A stretch of DNA of 64,000 nt from Alistipes sp. (GCA_045603045.1 JAZULJ010000018.1:1067-65066), one strand, 5' to 3'; numbered from the stretch's first letter, positions 10,074 through 20,035 are shown. Program-made: numbers and translations. Notes: generated by a model not told the origin, from the letters alone.

Positions 10074-11321
10074 ATGTACGACGTAATAGTTATCGGCGCA
10101 GGCGCCGCAGGACTTATGGCCGCAGGCACAGCCGCAATGAGTGGTCGTCAGGTGCTCCTCATAGAGAAGATGGAGAAGGCTGGACGCAAGATACGCATCA
10201 CGGGCAAGGGTCGTTGCAACCTCACCAATGCCCGTCCTGCCGAAGAGTTCCTCGATAAGGTTCGTACGAACCAAGAGTTCTTCTCGGTAGCATTTGCCGA
10301 GTTCAACAACCGCGCCACGATACGCTTCTTCGAGCGCTTGGGCGTGAAGCTCGACATCGAGCGTGGCGAACGCGTCTTCCCGCATAGCGGCAAGGCGTGG
10401 GATATAGCTAATGCACTTGTCGAGTTCTGCGAGGATAAGGGTGTAAAGATTGCCTACAAGACACGCGTAACAGAGATTATGACCTTCGACGGCAAGATTA
10501 CAGGCGTGAAGTACGTAAATGCCCGCGGCTTCGAGCGTCGCGAGGAGGCTCCCTATGTCATCGTCGCCACGGGTGGTGTTAGCTACCCCACAACAGGCTC
10601 TACGGGCGACGGCTACGACTTCGCAGCGTCGGTAGGACATAGCATTGAGCCGGTGCGTCCCTCGCTGACCCCCCTAAAAACGTCGCACCCACAACGCGAA
10701 TACCTCAACGGTCTGCTACTCAAAAACGTAGGCGCTAAGCTATATATCGACAACGAGCTACGCCAGGAGGAGTTTGGCGAGCTTGGCTTCTCGGAGCGAG
10801 GCATCGAGGGTGCCGTGGCACTACGCCTCAGCCGCGATGTAGTGGACGCCATTATCGACGAGCGCAAGGTGAAGATTGTCATTGACCTCAAACCGGCCCT
10901 CGACGAGGAGACGCTCCTCGCGCGCATAGACCGCGAGATTGCCGAGATGCAGTCGTCGGAGTTCTTCGCCGAGTTGCTACGCAAGCTCGTACCTAAGCAG
11001 CTGGTAGTGCCCTTAGCCAAAGAGGTTGATTTTCACTCTAAGACCTACGTAGGCAAGCTCACCGCGGCCGAGAAGATGCGCTTGGTAAAGATTTTGAAGG
11101 GGATGGTATTCCCCATCGTCGATTACGCACCCTTCGAGAATGCCATCGTCACGGCGGGTGGCGTGGCATGCGACGAGGTAAACAGCTACACTATGGAGTC
11201 AACACTCGTCAAGGGACTATACTTTGCAGGCGAGGTACTCGACATCGACGCCAACACCGGAGGCTACAACATGCAGATAGCCTTCTCTACCGGACGACTT
11301 GCAGGACAACTTAAAAAATAG
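10074..11321 (+). CDS. BaiN/HI0933 family flavoprotein (aminoacetone oxidase-like NAD(P)/FAD oxidoreductase)
   Basis: GAGAAG, GKGRCNLTN, TGGVSYPTTGSTGDGY and GEVLDIDANTGGYN. Confidence 0.9.
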   Translation: MYDVIVIGAGAAGLMAAGTAAMSGRQVLLIEKMEKAGRKIRITGKGRCNLTNARPAEEFLDKVRTNQEFFSVAFAEFNNRATIRFFERLGVKLDIERGERVFPHSGKAWDIANALVEFCEDKGVKIAYKTRVTEIMTFDGKITGVKYVNARGFERREEAPYVIVATGGVSYPTTGSTGDGYDFAASVGHSIEPVRPSLTPLKTSHPQREYLNGLLLKNVGAKLYIDNELRQEEFGELGFSERGIEGAVALRLSRDVVDAIIDERKVKIVIDLKPALDEETLLARIDREIAEMQSSEFFAELLRKLVPKQLVVPLAKEVDFHSKTYVGKLTAAEKMRLVKILKGMVFPIVDYAPFENAIVTAGGVACDEVNSYTMESTLVKGLYFAGEVLDIDANTGGYNMQIAFSTGRLAGQLKK

Positions 11322-11327
11322 TGAGAT

Positions 11328-11837
11328 ATGAAACGCTCGGGACGAACACTCAAACAGCGACTCTACGGCCTCAAACATCTACCTTCGAGGCTACGCCGCG
11401 CACGCTACTTCCGCGGTCATGGCGTACACTCGCCATACGTATATAACATTGTGCGTCAGGCGTTCATGTCCTCGAAGTTTATCGGCAACGACCACGCATT
11501 GTACGATGCCCTCATCGCACGTGGTGTAGCACCGCGTCGCGCCATGCAGCTGCAAAACCTCGCGATACACTGCGACTATGCGACATGGAGTATCGATACG
11601 GAGGGTGGCGCTATGGTCATCCTCACACTCGACTGCGAGGCCGAGACTTTGGCACAACATGCCGAGGCCGCACAAGCAACGAAGTCAACACTCTGCATCC
11701 TCAGCCCCTACCATACGGCCGAGCGTTGGCAGATGTGCTGCTCGCTTATCGACGCCCACCCCTCAACGTCGGTGGATAACCGTGGCTACCTGCTACTCTT
11801 CAACAACCACCTGCCCAAACAACGATACAGACTTTAA
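11328..11837 (+). CDS. Hypothetical protein resembling a truncated Bacteroidetes SAM-methyltransferase-like family
   Basis: GHGVHSPYVY N-terminal motif and HPSTSVD...LPKQRYRL C-terminus; no glycine-rich SAM loop visible. Confidence 0.55.
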   Translation: MKRSGRTLKQRLYGLKHLPSRLRRARYFRGHGVHSPYVYNIVRQAFMSSKFIGNDHALYDALIARGVAPRRAMQLQNLAIHCDYATWSIDTEGGAMVILTLDCEAETLAQHAEAAQATKSTLCILSPYHTAERWQMCCSLIDAHPSTSVDNRGYLLLFNNHLPKQRYRL

Positions 11838-11850
11838 CAACATCCATAAC

Positions 11851-12402
11851 ATGAAGATATACACACGCACAGGAGACGACGGCACAACATCACTTATCGG
11901 TGGTGAGCGCGTCAAGAAACAGGACCTCCGCGTTGAGGCATACGGCACCGTGGATGAACTTACAGCATTCATCGCTCTCTTAGCCGACCGCATCGCCACG
12001 GAGGATGTATGCTTGGAACTTGTGTCCGAGTTGCATAAGGTGGAGTGCCGCCTGATGAGCGTCGCGGCGCTACTTGCCGTAGGTCGCGGTGGCGAGGGTA
12101 AGGTTACACCCCTCGAAGCTCGCCATATAAAGGCGTTGGAGCAGGCCATAGACCGCATGCAGGGCGAGTTGGAGCCTATTACGAAATTTACCATTCCGGG
12201 GGGCCACCGCGCATGCTCGTTGTGTCATGTATGCCGCACAATATGTCGTCGCGCGGAGCGTGCTGCACTACGCGCCGCAGAGGAGCATCCCATAGATGCC
12301 ACGGCGACAAAGTACCTCAACCGTCTCTCGGACTACCTATACACGCTGGGACGCGTGCTCGCGGTACGCTTCAAGGTCGAGGAGACGTTGTGGATACCGT
12401 AG
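11851..12402 (+). CDS. ATP:cob(I)alamin adenosyltransferase (PduO type)
   Basis: KIYTRTGDDGTT, YGTVDEL, RTICRRAER and YLNRLSDYL. Confidence 0.95.
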   Translation: MKIYTRTGDDGTTSLIGGERVKKQDLRVEAYGTVDELTAFIALLADRIATEDVCLELVSELHKVECRLMSVAALLAVGRGGEGKVTPLEARHIKALEQAIDRMQGELEPITKFTIPGGHRACSLCHVCRTICRRAERAALRAAEEHPIDATATKYLNRLSDYLYTLGRVLAVRFKVEETLWIP

Positions 12403-12474
12403 GCAGAAGCTACCGAATTATTTGAGCATCAAAACATTTATCACTGTTTTTATTGCATATATAAAATTATTTTA

Positions 12475-12482
12475 TACCTTTG
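12475..12482 (+). promoter_or_regulatory. Bacteroidetes -7 promoter element
   Basis: TACCTTTG in AT-rich DNA upstream of the DUF2795 gene. Confidence 0.6.
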
Positions 12483-12594
12483 CGCACCAAATGCGCCGAA
12501 TAGCCCGTTTATGGTAGGCGACCACAGCGTTACCATCATCGGTAGCGAGACAAAAGAGTATAGAGTAAAACTAACAATAAAAACACTGAATACT

Positions 12595-12816
12595 ATGTAT
12601 TGGACATTGGAACTTGCATCGAAGTTGGAGGATGCACCATGGCCCGCAACCAAGGAGGAGCTGATTGACTACGCAGTACGTTCGGGCGCACCTCTCGAGG
12701 TTTTGGAGAACTTACAGGAGATTGAGGACGAGGGCGACATCTACGAGTCTATCGAGGATATATGGCCCGACTACCCCTCGAAGGACGATTTTTTGTTCAA
12801 CGAGGACGAGTATTAG
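12595..12816 (+). CDS. DUF2795 domain small protein
   Basis: MYWTLELASKLEDAPWPATKEELIDYA matches the highly conserved Bacteroidetes family. Confidence 0.9.
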   Translation: MYWTLELASKLEDAPWPATKEELIDYAVRSGAPLEVLENLQEIEDEGDIYESIEDIWPDYPSKDDFLFNEDEY

Positions 12817-12904
12817 ACCACGGTCTAATGCCTGATATGAGGTAAGCAATGGGGGGGGTCTGACACTACGTAAGACACCCCTTTATAATATATAACAACA
12901 CACT

Positions 12905-13636
12905 ATGGAGAACATTATCTTTGGTATTCGCCCCGTTGCCGAAGCTATCGAGGCGCGCAAGCAGATTGAGCGCGTATATATCCGCAAGGGCGCCGAGGGA
13001 CAGCTCATGATGGACCTCAAAGACCTCATGATGCGCCACCATATACGCTGGCAAGATGTGCCCGTTGAGAAGCTCAACCGCCTCACACGTGGCAACCACC
13101 AGGGCGTCGTAGCACAGATTGCCGCTATCGAGTATGTCGAGCTCACGGACATCTTGGAGCGCGTACCCGAGGATGAGACTCCCCTCGTTGTGGTCTTCGA
13201 TGGCGTTACGGATGTTCGTAACTTCGGAGGCATAGCACGCTCAGCCGAGTGCGCAGGTGCGCATGGTCTTATCACACCGTTGAAGAACTCGGCTCCCGTA
13301 AACGCCGACGCCATACGCTCATCGGCAGGCGCGCTAAACAACATCCCTGTATGTCGCGTAGGCTCTATACGCAACACGCTTAAAACGTTGCAGGCCGAGG
13401 GCTTCCAGATTGTTGCCGCCACCGAGAAGAGCCGTAAGCTACTCTACGATGCCGACTTCAAGCGACCTACGGCTATTGTCATGGGCGCCGAGGATAAGGG
13501 TATATCGAAGGAGGTGCTCAAACTATGCGACGAGCAGCTCGCCATTCCGCTTATCGGCCACACCGAGTCACTAAACGTGGCTGCTGCCGCGGCCATAATG
13601 CTCTTCGAGGTTGTACGTCAGCGCATTGGCGACTAA
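12905..13636 (+). CDS. rlmB: 23S rRNA (guanosine-2'-O)-methyltransferase
   Basis: NHQGVV, DGVTDVRNFGGIARSA, MGAEDKG and ESLNVA SpoU motifs. Confidence 0.95.
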   Translation: MENIIFGIRPVAEAIEARKQIERVYIRKGAEGQLMMDLKDLMMRHHIRWQDVPVEKLNRLTRGNHQGVVAQIAAIEYVELTDILERVPEDETPLVVVFDGVTDVRNFGGIARSAECAGAHGLITPLKNSAPVNADAIRSSAGALNNIPVCRVGSIRNTLKTLQAEGFQIVAATEKSRKLLYDADFKRPTAIVMGAEDKGISKEVLKLCDEQLAIPLIGHTESLNVAAAAAIMLFEVVRQRIGD

Positions 13637-13639
13637 CCG

Positions 13640-14266
13640 ATGACTACGATTGAGCATCCCGTGTTTGGTAAGGTGGAGTGCGTTCGTTCTATGCGTGCGC
13701 GCTCTATTCGTCTTATGGTGCGTGCCGACGGCTCGATACGCATCACCTACCCTATCATTGCCTCGCGCACTCGTGCCTTGGAGTTCTTAGAGCGCAAGCG
13801 CGACTGGGTAGAGGCCACACGCGCACGCCTCGCCACGAAGCTTAGCTCGCTGCCAACCATAGCACACTCCGAGGTAGAGCAATTGCGCCGCGAGGCACAC
13901 GCCACGCTCCCCGCTCTGCTACACACGCTGGCCACACGCCACGGCTTCGACTACTCGTCGTTGCGCATATCGTCGGCACACACTCGCTGGGGCTCATGCA
14001 GTGCCCGCAACGGCATATCGCTCTCGCTCTTCGTCATGCTGCTACCCCACCACTTACGCGAATTTATCATCTTGCACGAGCTCTGCCACACCCGCCATCA
14101 CAACCACTCGGCAGCCTTTCACGCGCTACTCAATCGCTGCGTCGAGGGCAAAGAGAAGGCCCTCAACCGTGAGTTGAAGGCCTACCACATTCCGCGCGTG
14201 GAATCAACACACCAAAAGGTATCACAACGACCAAACGTCGCCCAGATAGATAAACATAGATTCTGA
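13640..14266 (+). CDS. M48/YgjP-like (DUF45) zinc-dependent hydrolase
   Basis: RWGSCS and HELCH...HNHS motifs. Confidence 0.85.
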   Translation: MTTIEHPVFGKVECVRSMRARSIRLMVRADGSIRITYPIIASRTRALEFLERKRDWVEATRARLATKLSSLPTIAHSEVEQLRREAHATLPALLHTLATRHGFDYSSLRISSAHTRWGSCSARNGISLSLFVMLLPHHLREFIILHELCHTRHHNHSAAFHALLNRCVEGKEKALNRELKAYHIPRVESTHQKVSQRPNVAQIDKHRF

Positions 14267-14344
14267 AGGTAGATGGATATCACACAGAGAGGTGCGTAAA
14301 TTCTCACACCTCTATAACTCCATGCGGTATAAAACGGCTATGCG

Positions 14345-15157
14345 TTACAGTTGCTCGATGTGCACAAAGATATCATCATCGAACTTCACCTCGGGATACT
14401 CCCCGAATAGTCCAAAGAGTGCCGAGCCCGAGCCCGACATCGAGGCGTAGAGTGCACCTTGTGCCAAGAGGCTCTCTTTGAGAGCGGCGATACGCGGATG
14501 CGCCGCAAAGATATGGGGCTCAAAGTCGTTGACAACTCTACCCTGCCACTCCTCGATGGGACCTCTCAACAGTTCACATAGATCGTCAACAGGCATCTGC
14601 GGCTTCACACCCGAGTAGGCCTCGGCGGTAGAGACACTCTCATTGGGCTTCACAACGACGAGCCACAAACCACTCAAATCGACATTCACCGGCGACATAA
14701 TCTCACCACGTCCCGTGCAGTACTGCGGCGCGTTATATACAAAGAAGGGGGTATCACTACCTAACTCCGCAGCAAGTGCCGCGAGCGTGGCGACGGATAG
14801 GTCCAAGGCGAAGATATCGTTCATGGCAACAATGACGGCCGTAGCATCCGACGAGCCACCACCGAGACCTGCACCAAAAGGAACGCGCTTATCGAGCGTG
14901 ATACGCACGCCACAGAGCGCATAGCGCTGCTGCATGAGGCGCGCAGCGCGGACAACGAGGTTCTTATCCGCAGGGCAATCGACCACAATACCCGACTGTC
15001 GGAACTCTACATCCGTGCCATCTGTTCGCTCGACACTCAACGTGTCGTACAACTCCCTGACAGGCAGCATGACAGTTTGCAGCTCGTGATAACCATCCTC
15101 CCTTTTGCGCACAACCCTCAGGCCGAGGTTTATCTTACAATTAGCACGTAGAATCAT
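14345..15157 (-). CDS. ispE: 4-(cytidine 5'-diphospho)-2-C-methyl-D-erythritol kinase
   Basis: KINLGL, GYHELQT, GAGLGGGSSDA and MSGSGS; start trimmed to MILRA. Confidence 0.95.
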   Translation of the reverse strand: MILRANCKINLGLRVVRKREDGYHELQTVMLPVRELYDTLSVERTDGTDVEFRQSGIVVDCPADKNLVVRAARLMQQRYALCGVRITLDKRVPFGAGLGGGSSDATAVIVAMNDIFALDLSVATLAALAAELGSDTPFFVYNAPQYCTGRGEIMSPVNVDLSGLWLVVVKPNESVSTAEAYSGVKPQMPVDDLCELLRGPIEEWQGRVVNDFEPHIFAAHPRIAALKESLLAQGALYASMSGSGSALFGLFGEYPEVKFDDDIFVHIEQL

Positions 15158-15275
15158 AGTTCGCCGACGAATATTTAGTAGATTTATTAGCAAAGATACT
15201 CTTTTTTTTCGGTTTTCGGAAATATCGAGGTATAGTTCTTGTTTTATCGCCTCACAAACCAAAAATAATTTTACT

Positions 15276-16094
15276 ATGAGAGCGAAACAACTATTTATGA
15301 TTTTGTGTGCCGCCGTCGCCACACTTACCATCGACAGCGCCACAGCACAGCAGAACAACCGCACACTCGTCAAGGAGTGGCGCGAAGGCGACTATATAGT
15401 ACGCCGCTACATGGTTGCCGACGACGAGCCCCACAAAGCAGAGTACGAGATATTCTATGCCATAAACAAGTCGGAGCCCTCGGCAACATTCGAGCATAAC
15501 GACGAGGTTATGCATCGTATCGACGGCTTCTTCTCGGAGCTTCAAAACGACTCGCTGCGCCATGTGAAGAGCATAACAATCACGGGCTACGCCTCGCCCG
15601 ATGGCACCACCGCCTTCAATACCTCGCTCGCGCGCAAGCGCGCACAGCAACTCGGCGACCTGCTTCGTGAGCGCTACGCCCTCGACGACAAGTACAACGT
15701 AACGATAACCTCGCACGTGGAACCATGGAGCGCAACAGCACCCGCCATCGAGCACTCATCGCTCGCAAACCGCACTGACCTTGTGCGCCTGGTAAGCACC
15801 AACGAGCCTGCTATGACCATAGACAACCGCCTCAAAAAGCAACACGCAGCATGGGACTACCTTACGGCAGACGTGCTGCCCGAGATGCGACGTGCAACGG
15901 TTGAGATAACATACACCGAGGATGAACTTGCCGACAGCCGCGAGTACTGCCCCGAGCGCGAGGTGATAGTGGTCGAGGAGGTAATCATGGAGGAGCCCCG
16001 ACACAAGCACCGCAAGCACCATGTGGAGGTCGTAGATGAGTGGGAAGGTGTAATAATCGACCTCGGCGCAGCAAGCGAGGGCTACGGCAATTAA
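15276..16094 (+). CDS. Secreted protein with an OmpA-like peptidoglycan-binding domain (DUF3868-related)
   Basis: Signal peptide, ITGYASPDG...NTSLARKRA OmpA motif, LPEMRRA. Confidence 0.75.
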   Translation: MRAKQLFMILCAAVATLTIDSATAQQNNRTLVKEWREGDYIVRRYMVADDEPHKAEYEIFYAINKSEPSATFEHNDEVMHRIDGFFSELQNDSLRHVKSITITGYASPDGTTAFNTSLARKRAQQLGDLLRERYALDDKYNVTITSHVEPWSATAPAIEHSSLANRTDLVRLVSTNEPAMTIDNRLKKQHAAWDYLTADVLPEMRRATVEITYTEDELADSREYCPEREVIVVEEVIMEEPRHKHRKHHVEVVDEWEGVIIDLGAASEGYGN

Positions 16095-16150
16095 GCCTTT
16101 GACATCTTCGCGCTCCACATAAAGCGAAAAAGCGAAAAAGCTGTCAATAA

Positions 16151-16182
16151 TTTGCATATAATAAATCGTTTTGTTATCTTTG
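16151..16182 (+). promoter_or_regulatory. Full Bacteroidetes sigma-A promoter (-33 TTTG, -7 TAnnTTTG)
   Basis: TTTG at 16151-16154, 20-nt spacer, TATCTTTG at 16175-16182. Confidence 0.7.
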
Positions 16183-16213
16183 CGTTTAGCAAAAACTATA
16201 AACCGATATAATT

Positions 16214-16495
16214 ATGGCAAATTTAAGAGTATTAAAGAAGGAGATTGACTACCGTTTGGAGGAGTTCGTATTCGATTGCGAGATGGCAGCATTCATGCAG
16301 CCCAACAAGGAGGAGCAGATTGTGAACCTCATGCAGAAGAGCGTGGAGCTTCGCAACGCCCTCTACCACAAGGCTAACAATCCTGCCGAGCCTAAGAATC
16401 GCTCACTCACAAAGAAGCACTACGCAGCATTGCGTCGTGATATGGTAGCAAGCTACGAAGCTCTCTTTGCTGACCTCAGTGAGGCGTGCAAATAA
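16214..16495 (+). CDS. Conserved small Bacteroidales hypothetical protein
   Basis: 93-aa helical ORF (MANLRVLKKEIDY) with its own promoter and terminator. Confidence 0.75.
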   Translation: MANLRVLKKEIDYRLEEFVFDCEMAAFMQPNKEEQIVNLMQKSVELRNALYHKANNPAEPKNRSLTKKHYAALRRDMVASYEALFADLSEACK

Positions 16496-16512
16496 CGAGG
16501 ACATAATCATAA

Positions 16513-16553
16513 CAGAAGGGGATGACTAAACGTAAATTAGTCATCCCCTTCTG
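16513..16553. terminator. Bidirectional terminator (repeat family C, copy 1)
   Basis: 17-bp stem CAGAAGGGGATGACTAA / TTAGTCATCCCCTTCTG between convergent genes. Confidence 0.85.
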
Positions 16554-16571
16554 CTTTTATGGTAGCAGGCA

Positions 16572-17885
16572 CTACTCGGCAGACTGTTGCTCGGCAGACT
16601 GCTTCTTTGCCGGAGCACCCTTCACGGGGAGAATAGGCTGCTTAGCACCCTTATCGGGGTTGAGCTCATTGATATCTATCTTCTGAATACGAGCGTTGCC
16701 GGCCTGAGGAAGGTACGATGGGTCGTAGGGCTTAACATCGAGAACCTTAATGGTCATAACGATAGCCTCATTAGGCTGCGTATTGCGATTACCACGCTCG
16801 CCATAGGCCAACTCCGAGGGAAGCCACATAGTAATTTCGCCACCCTTACCTACCAACTTCAAAGCCTCGATAGCACCACGAACGCCCAACTGTTGAAGCG
16901 TGATAGTGGGTGTATAGGTCTTAGCGTACGACTCCTCCATCTTGGCAACAGCCTCGTCGATACGCTCCTGTGCTACTGTGCTATCGGCACGCATGGTCGC
17001 AATGCGATTCTCGGCATCCTTGCGGAGCATATCGGCACGATATGATGTTGACTCCACCAACGAGCCACGGCGTGTAAAGACCTCAAACTGAACGCTTACG
17101 GTATCACGGCGATCCGAAGCCTTAACATCGCTACCGCTATTTAGCACCTTGTAGTACATGGTATCGGCATCCACAGCCAACGCCGTAACATCCGAACGCT
17201 TTGCGATAGAGGCAATCCACTGCTGCGATAGCTCCTTGTTCTGTGCGGGAAGCTCATTCTTGACGTACTCGCGTAAGATACCACGCATCTGATCGGCGGT
17301 GATACGCATTACAGAGTCCATCTGATCGATAGTCTCAGCACCCTCGCTATCACGCATACCAGCAAGCATCCACTTCACGTTGATAGGTACCTGTATGGTG
17401 TGAACATAGTTTGCCATGTCAATACCAAACCACTGAGACACCTCCTCACGACTATACTTCTCGTTGTAGAGCTCTGGCTGAGGCAACGTATCGGGACGGT
17501 CGGTGTTAACCATGCGCTGCACTTGCTTCTGCATCATGAAGGGGCGAATACGCTCACCTGCAAACTGGTCGAGCTTAGCTCGTGTATCGGCACCAAACTG
17601 ATAGTCATGAGCCTTGGCGAGCGTCTTTTCGATATTAGCGATGACGATGTCGTTATCGAGGTCGAAATCGGCCTGCTGGAAGTTAAGGCTCACACCGAGG
17701 TTCATACCCATAGCATAAGACAGCGTATCGAACGGTGCGTCAGGGTCATTGTAGGCCTTATTGACGGCGCCAACACATTCGTAGTCGGGGTTAGGTGTCA
17801 TATCACCAAACACATCCTTAGGCTCCTCAGAGCCACATGCCGCACATATCGCAATGGCGGCAGCAAAAAATAGTACTCTCTTCAT
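16572..17885 (-). CDS. FKBP-type PPIase-like lipoprotein with duplicated FKBP_N region and a degenerate active site
   Basis: Lipobox CAA-C, DTLSYAMGMNLG (FKBP_N), DTVSVQF and PSELAYGERG. Confidence 0.8.
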   Translation of the reverse strand: MKRVLFFAAAIAICAACGSEEPKDVFGDMTPNPDYECVGAVNKAYNDPDAPFDTLSYAMGMNLGVSLNFQQADFDLDNDIVIANIEKTLAKAHDYQFGADTRAKLDQFAGERIRPFMMQKQVQRMVNTDRPDTLPQPELYNEKYSREEVSQWFGIDMANYVHTIQVPINVKWMLAGMRDSEGAETIDQMDSVMRITADQMRGILREYVKNELPAQNKELSQQWIASIAKRSDVTALAVDADTMYYKVLNSGSDVKASDRRDTVSVQFEVFTRRGSLVESTSYRADMLRKDAENRIATMRADSTVAQERIDEAVAKMEESYAKTYTPTITLQQLGVRGAIEALKLVGKGGEITMWLPSELAYGERGNRNTQPNEAIVMTIKVLDVKPYDPSYLPQAGNARIQKIDINELNPDKGAKQPILPVKGAPAKKQSAEQQSAE

Positions 17886-17899
17886 TTCTTAGATTTTAA

Positions 17900-18601
17900 T
17901 TATCTTTTTCTTCGATTAACTTGTTCCACTTCGATTAGCGTCATCTCGTAGTACAATAGTGTATTAGGCTTGATGTTGAGTGAGTCGCAGCCATCTGCAC
18001 CATAGGCCATCTGCGAGGGCACCCATGCCTCAATGCGGCCACCCTGACCAATGAGACGTACTGCCTCCTGAACACCTCGCGGCATATCGCCCACAGCAAT
18101 ACGCAACGTATCACCTCGATAGTAGGTCGTATCGACAATTTGGCCAGCGCTGTTCAGAATACGACACTGCATCTTCACGGTGTCGCGCGTGCTGCGTATT
18201 GCAGTCTTCAACTCGCCAATATCGCCAATCTTATACGTGAGACCCGTGCCCGTAGCCACAAACTTACGGTCCTGCTTGCGCAAATCCTCCAAGAATTGGC
18301 TCTCTAACCTCTTGACACGCTCATAGTTGTCGTAGTTCATATACTTCAAAAATGCCGTGCGCGCCTCCTCATCGGTGAGTTGTGCGTCTTGGGCATAGGC
18401 ATCTTTGATACCTTCGCACACCATATCGATATTGAGTGTCGAGTCAATATCCCTGAGGTTGAGACCCACATTCATACCCACGACATAGGACATCGTATCG
18501 AGACCACTCTGCATCGTTGCAGGTGCCGCCTTATCGCCACCACCACACGCCGTAATAAAGACCACGGCAGCGACTATCACTATGCTTAAAACATGCTTCA
18601 T
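17900..18601 (-). CDS. FKBP-type PPIase-like lipoprotein, degenerate active site
   Basis: Lipobox ITA-C, DTMSYVVGMNVG, PSQMAYG and PNTLLYYEMTL. Confidence 0.85.
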   Translation of the reverse strand: MKHVLSIVIVAAVVFITACGGGDKAAPATMQSGLDTMSYVVGMNVGLNLRDIDSTLNIDMVCEGIKDAYAQDAQLTDEEARTAFLKYMNYDNYERVKRLESQFLEDLRKQDRKFVATGTGLTYKIGDIGELKTAIRSTRDTVKMQCRILNSAGQIVDTTYYRGDTLRIAVGDMPRGVQEAVRLIGQGGRIEAWVPSQMAYGADGCDSLNIKPNTLLYYEMTLIEVEQVNRRKR

Positions 18602-18604
18602 AAG

Positions 18605-20035
18605 CTACTTATTACCCTTTTTGTGTCGCTCAACCATAGCCTGCTGAATAATTAGCAACGAGCCAAGCACGGCGGCCGTGATCGAACCTATAAGAATTGC
18701 TATCTTACCCTTATTGATAAACTCCATGTTGGCTGCCGCCTCCTCCACCGAGATTATATCGGTATTGGTACAGAAGGCGAGATTATCGACAAATATAGAC
18801 ATCGTAAAGCCTATACCTCCGAGGCACGCCACGGCAATAAGCATAGGCCACGACGCACCCGACGGGCGCTCGGCCAAGCCGAACTTCACGGCAAGGTAGC
18901 TGAATAGCGAGATGCCGAGAGGCTTACCTACAACCAGACCGCAGAAGATACCCATACCTATTGAGCCCACCTCAGGGCTATACTCGAAGATATTAAAGTA
19001 CTCAACCGACTCGATATGCACACCTGCATTGGCAAGCGCAAAGATGGGCATGATGAGAAAGTTGACATAGGGCATAAGGGCATGTTCAAGGCGTGTGCTC
19101 ATGCTAAGCGAGCCATTCGACACCTGCAACATACGGTTGATGCTGTAATGCAAAATATCATGCGCCTCCGCATTATCCATCTGCGCAACCTTTTGGATGT
19201 TACGCTCAATCATATCGGCCTTATGCATGAAGTAGGAACGGCTATATCGCGGTTTTGTGGGTATGAGCATCGCCATAGCCACACCCGAGATTGTGGCGTG
19301 AACACCCGAGTAGTAGAACAGTATCCACACTACGGCCGCGGGAATGAGGTAGGCCATCATGCGGAACTCGCCCATGCGACGCATGAGGTAGATACCTATC
19401 ATGATAAGGATGGCTATGCCGAGAAGCAGTAAATTGGGGGTCTCGCCATAGAAGAGTGCGATGACCAATATTGCACCAAGGTCATCGGCTACGGCCAACG
19501 CCGTAAGAAAGACCTTCAACGATATGGGCACACGGCGACCGAGTAGCGACATGATACCAATGGCAAAGGCTATATCCGTCGCTGTGGGGATACCCCAGCC
19601 GTTGGCAACTGCTGTACCGCCATTGAATGCTATGAAAATGGTTGCCGGCACGAGCATACCACCCATGGCAGCGATGATGGGCAAGGCCGCCTTCTTGGGT
19701 GAGGAGAGCTGTCCGTGCGATATCTCGCGACGTATTTCAAGACCTACCGTGAAGAAGAAGATGACCATCAGACCGTCGTTGATGAACTTCTCGATATTCA
19801 TACCCTTGGGGAAGAAGTACGAATTGCCGTCCATATTGAGGTATATGCTGAGGTCGGTAAGCAATATATCGTGATAGATATCGGCCGTAGCAGGCATGTT
19901 TGCCAGCAACATGGCCACGACCACACACACCACAAGAACAATACCGCCCGCCCAGGGAGCTTGCAGGAAGTTTTTGCCGCGCAACGAGAGGATATGGTTG
20001 CGCTTTATCATTGCAAATCGGTTAAACATCGACAT
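18605..20035 (-). CDS. nhaA: Na+/H+ antiporter NhaA
   Basis: INDGLM, ATDIAF, LAVADDLGA and GKPLG; the key Asp/Asp-Asp/Lys residues are present. Confidence 0.95.
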   Translation of the reverse strand: MSMFNRFAMIKRNHILSLRGKNFLQAPWAGGIVLVVCVVVAMLLANMPATADIYHDILLTDLSIYLNMDGNSYFFPKGMNIEKFINDGLMVIFFFTVGLEIRREISHGQLSSPKKAALPIIAAMGGMLVPATIFIAFNGGTAVANGWGIPTATDIAFAIGIMSLLGRRVPISLKVFLTALAVADDLGAILVIALFYGETPNLLLLGIAILIMIGIYLMRRMGEFRMMAYLIPAAVVWILFYYSGVHATISGVAMAMLIPTKPRYSRSYFMHKADMIERNIQKVAQMDNAEAHDILHYSINRMLQVSNGSLSMSTRLEHALMPYVNFLIMPIFALANAGVHIESVEYFNIFEYSPEVGSIGMGIFCGLVVGKPLGISLFSYLAVKFGLAERPSGASWPMLIAVACLGGIGFTMSIFVDNLAFCTNTDIISVEEAAANMEFINKGKIAILIGSITAAVLGSLLIIQQAMVERHKKGNK

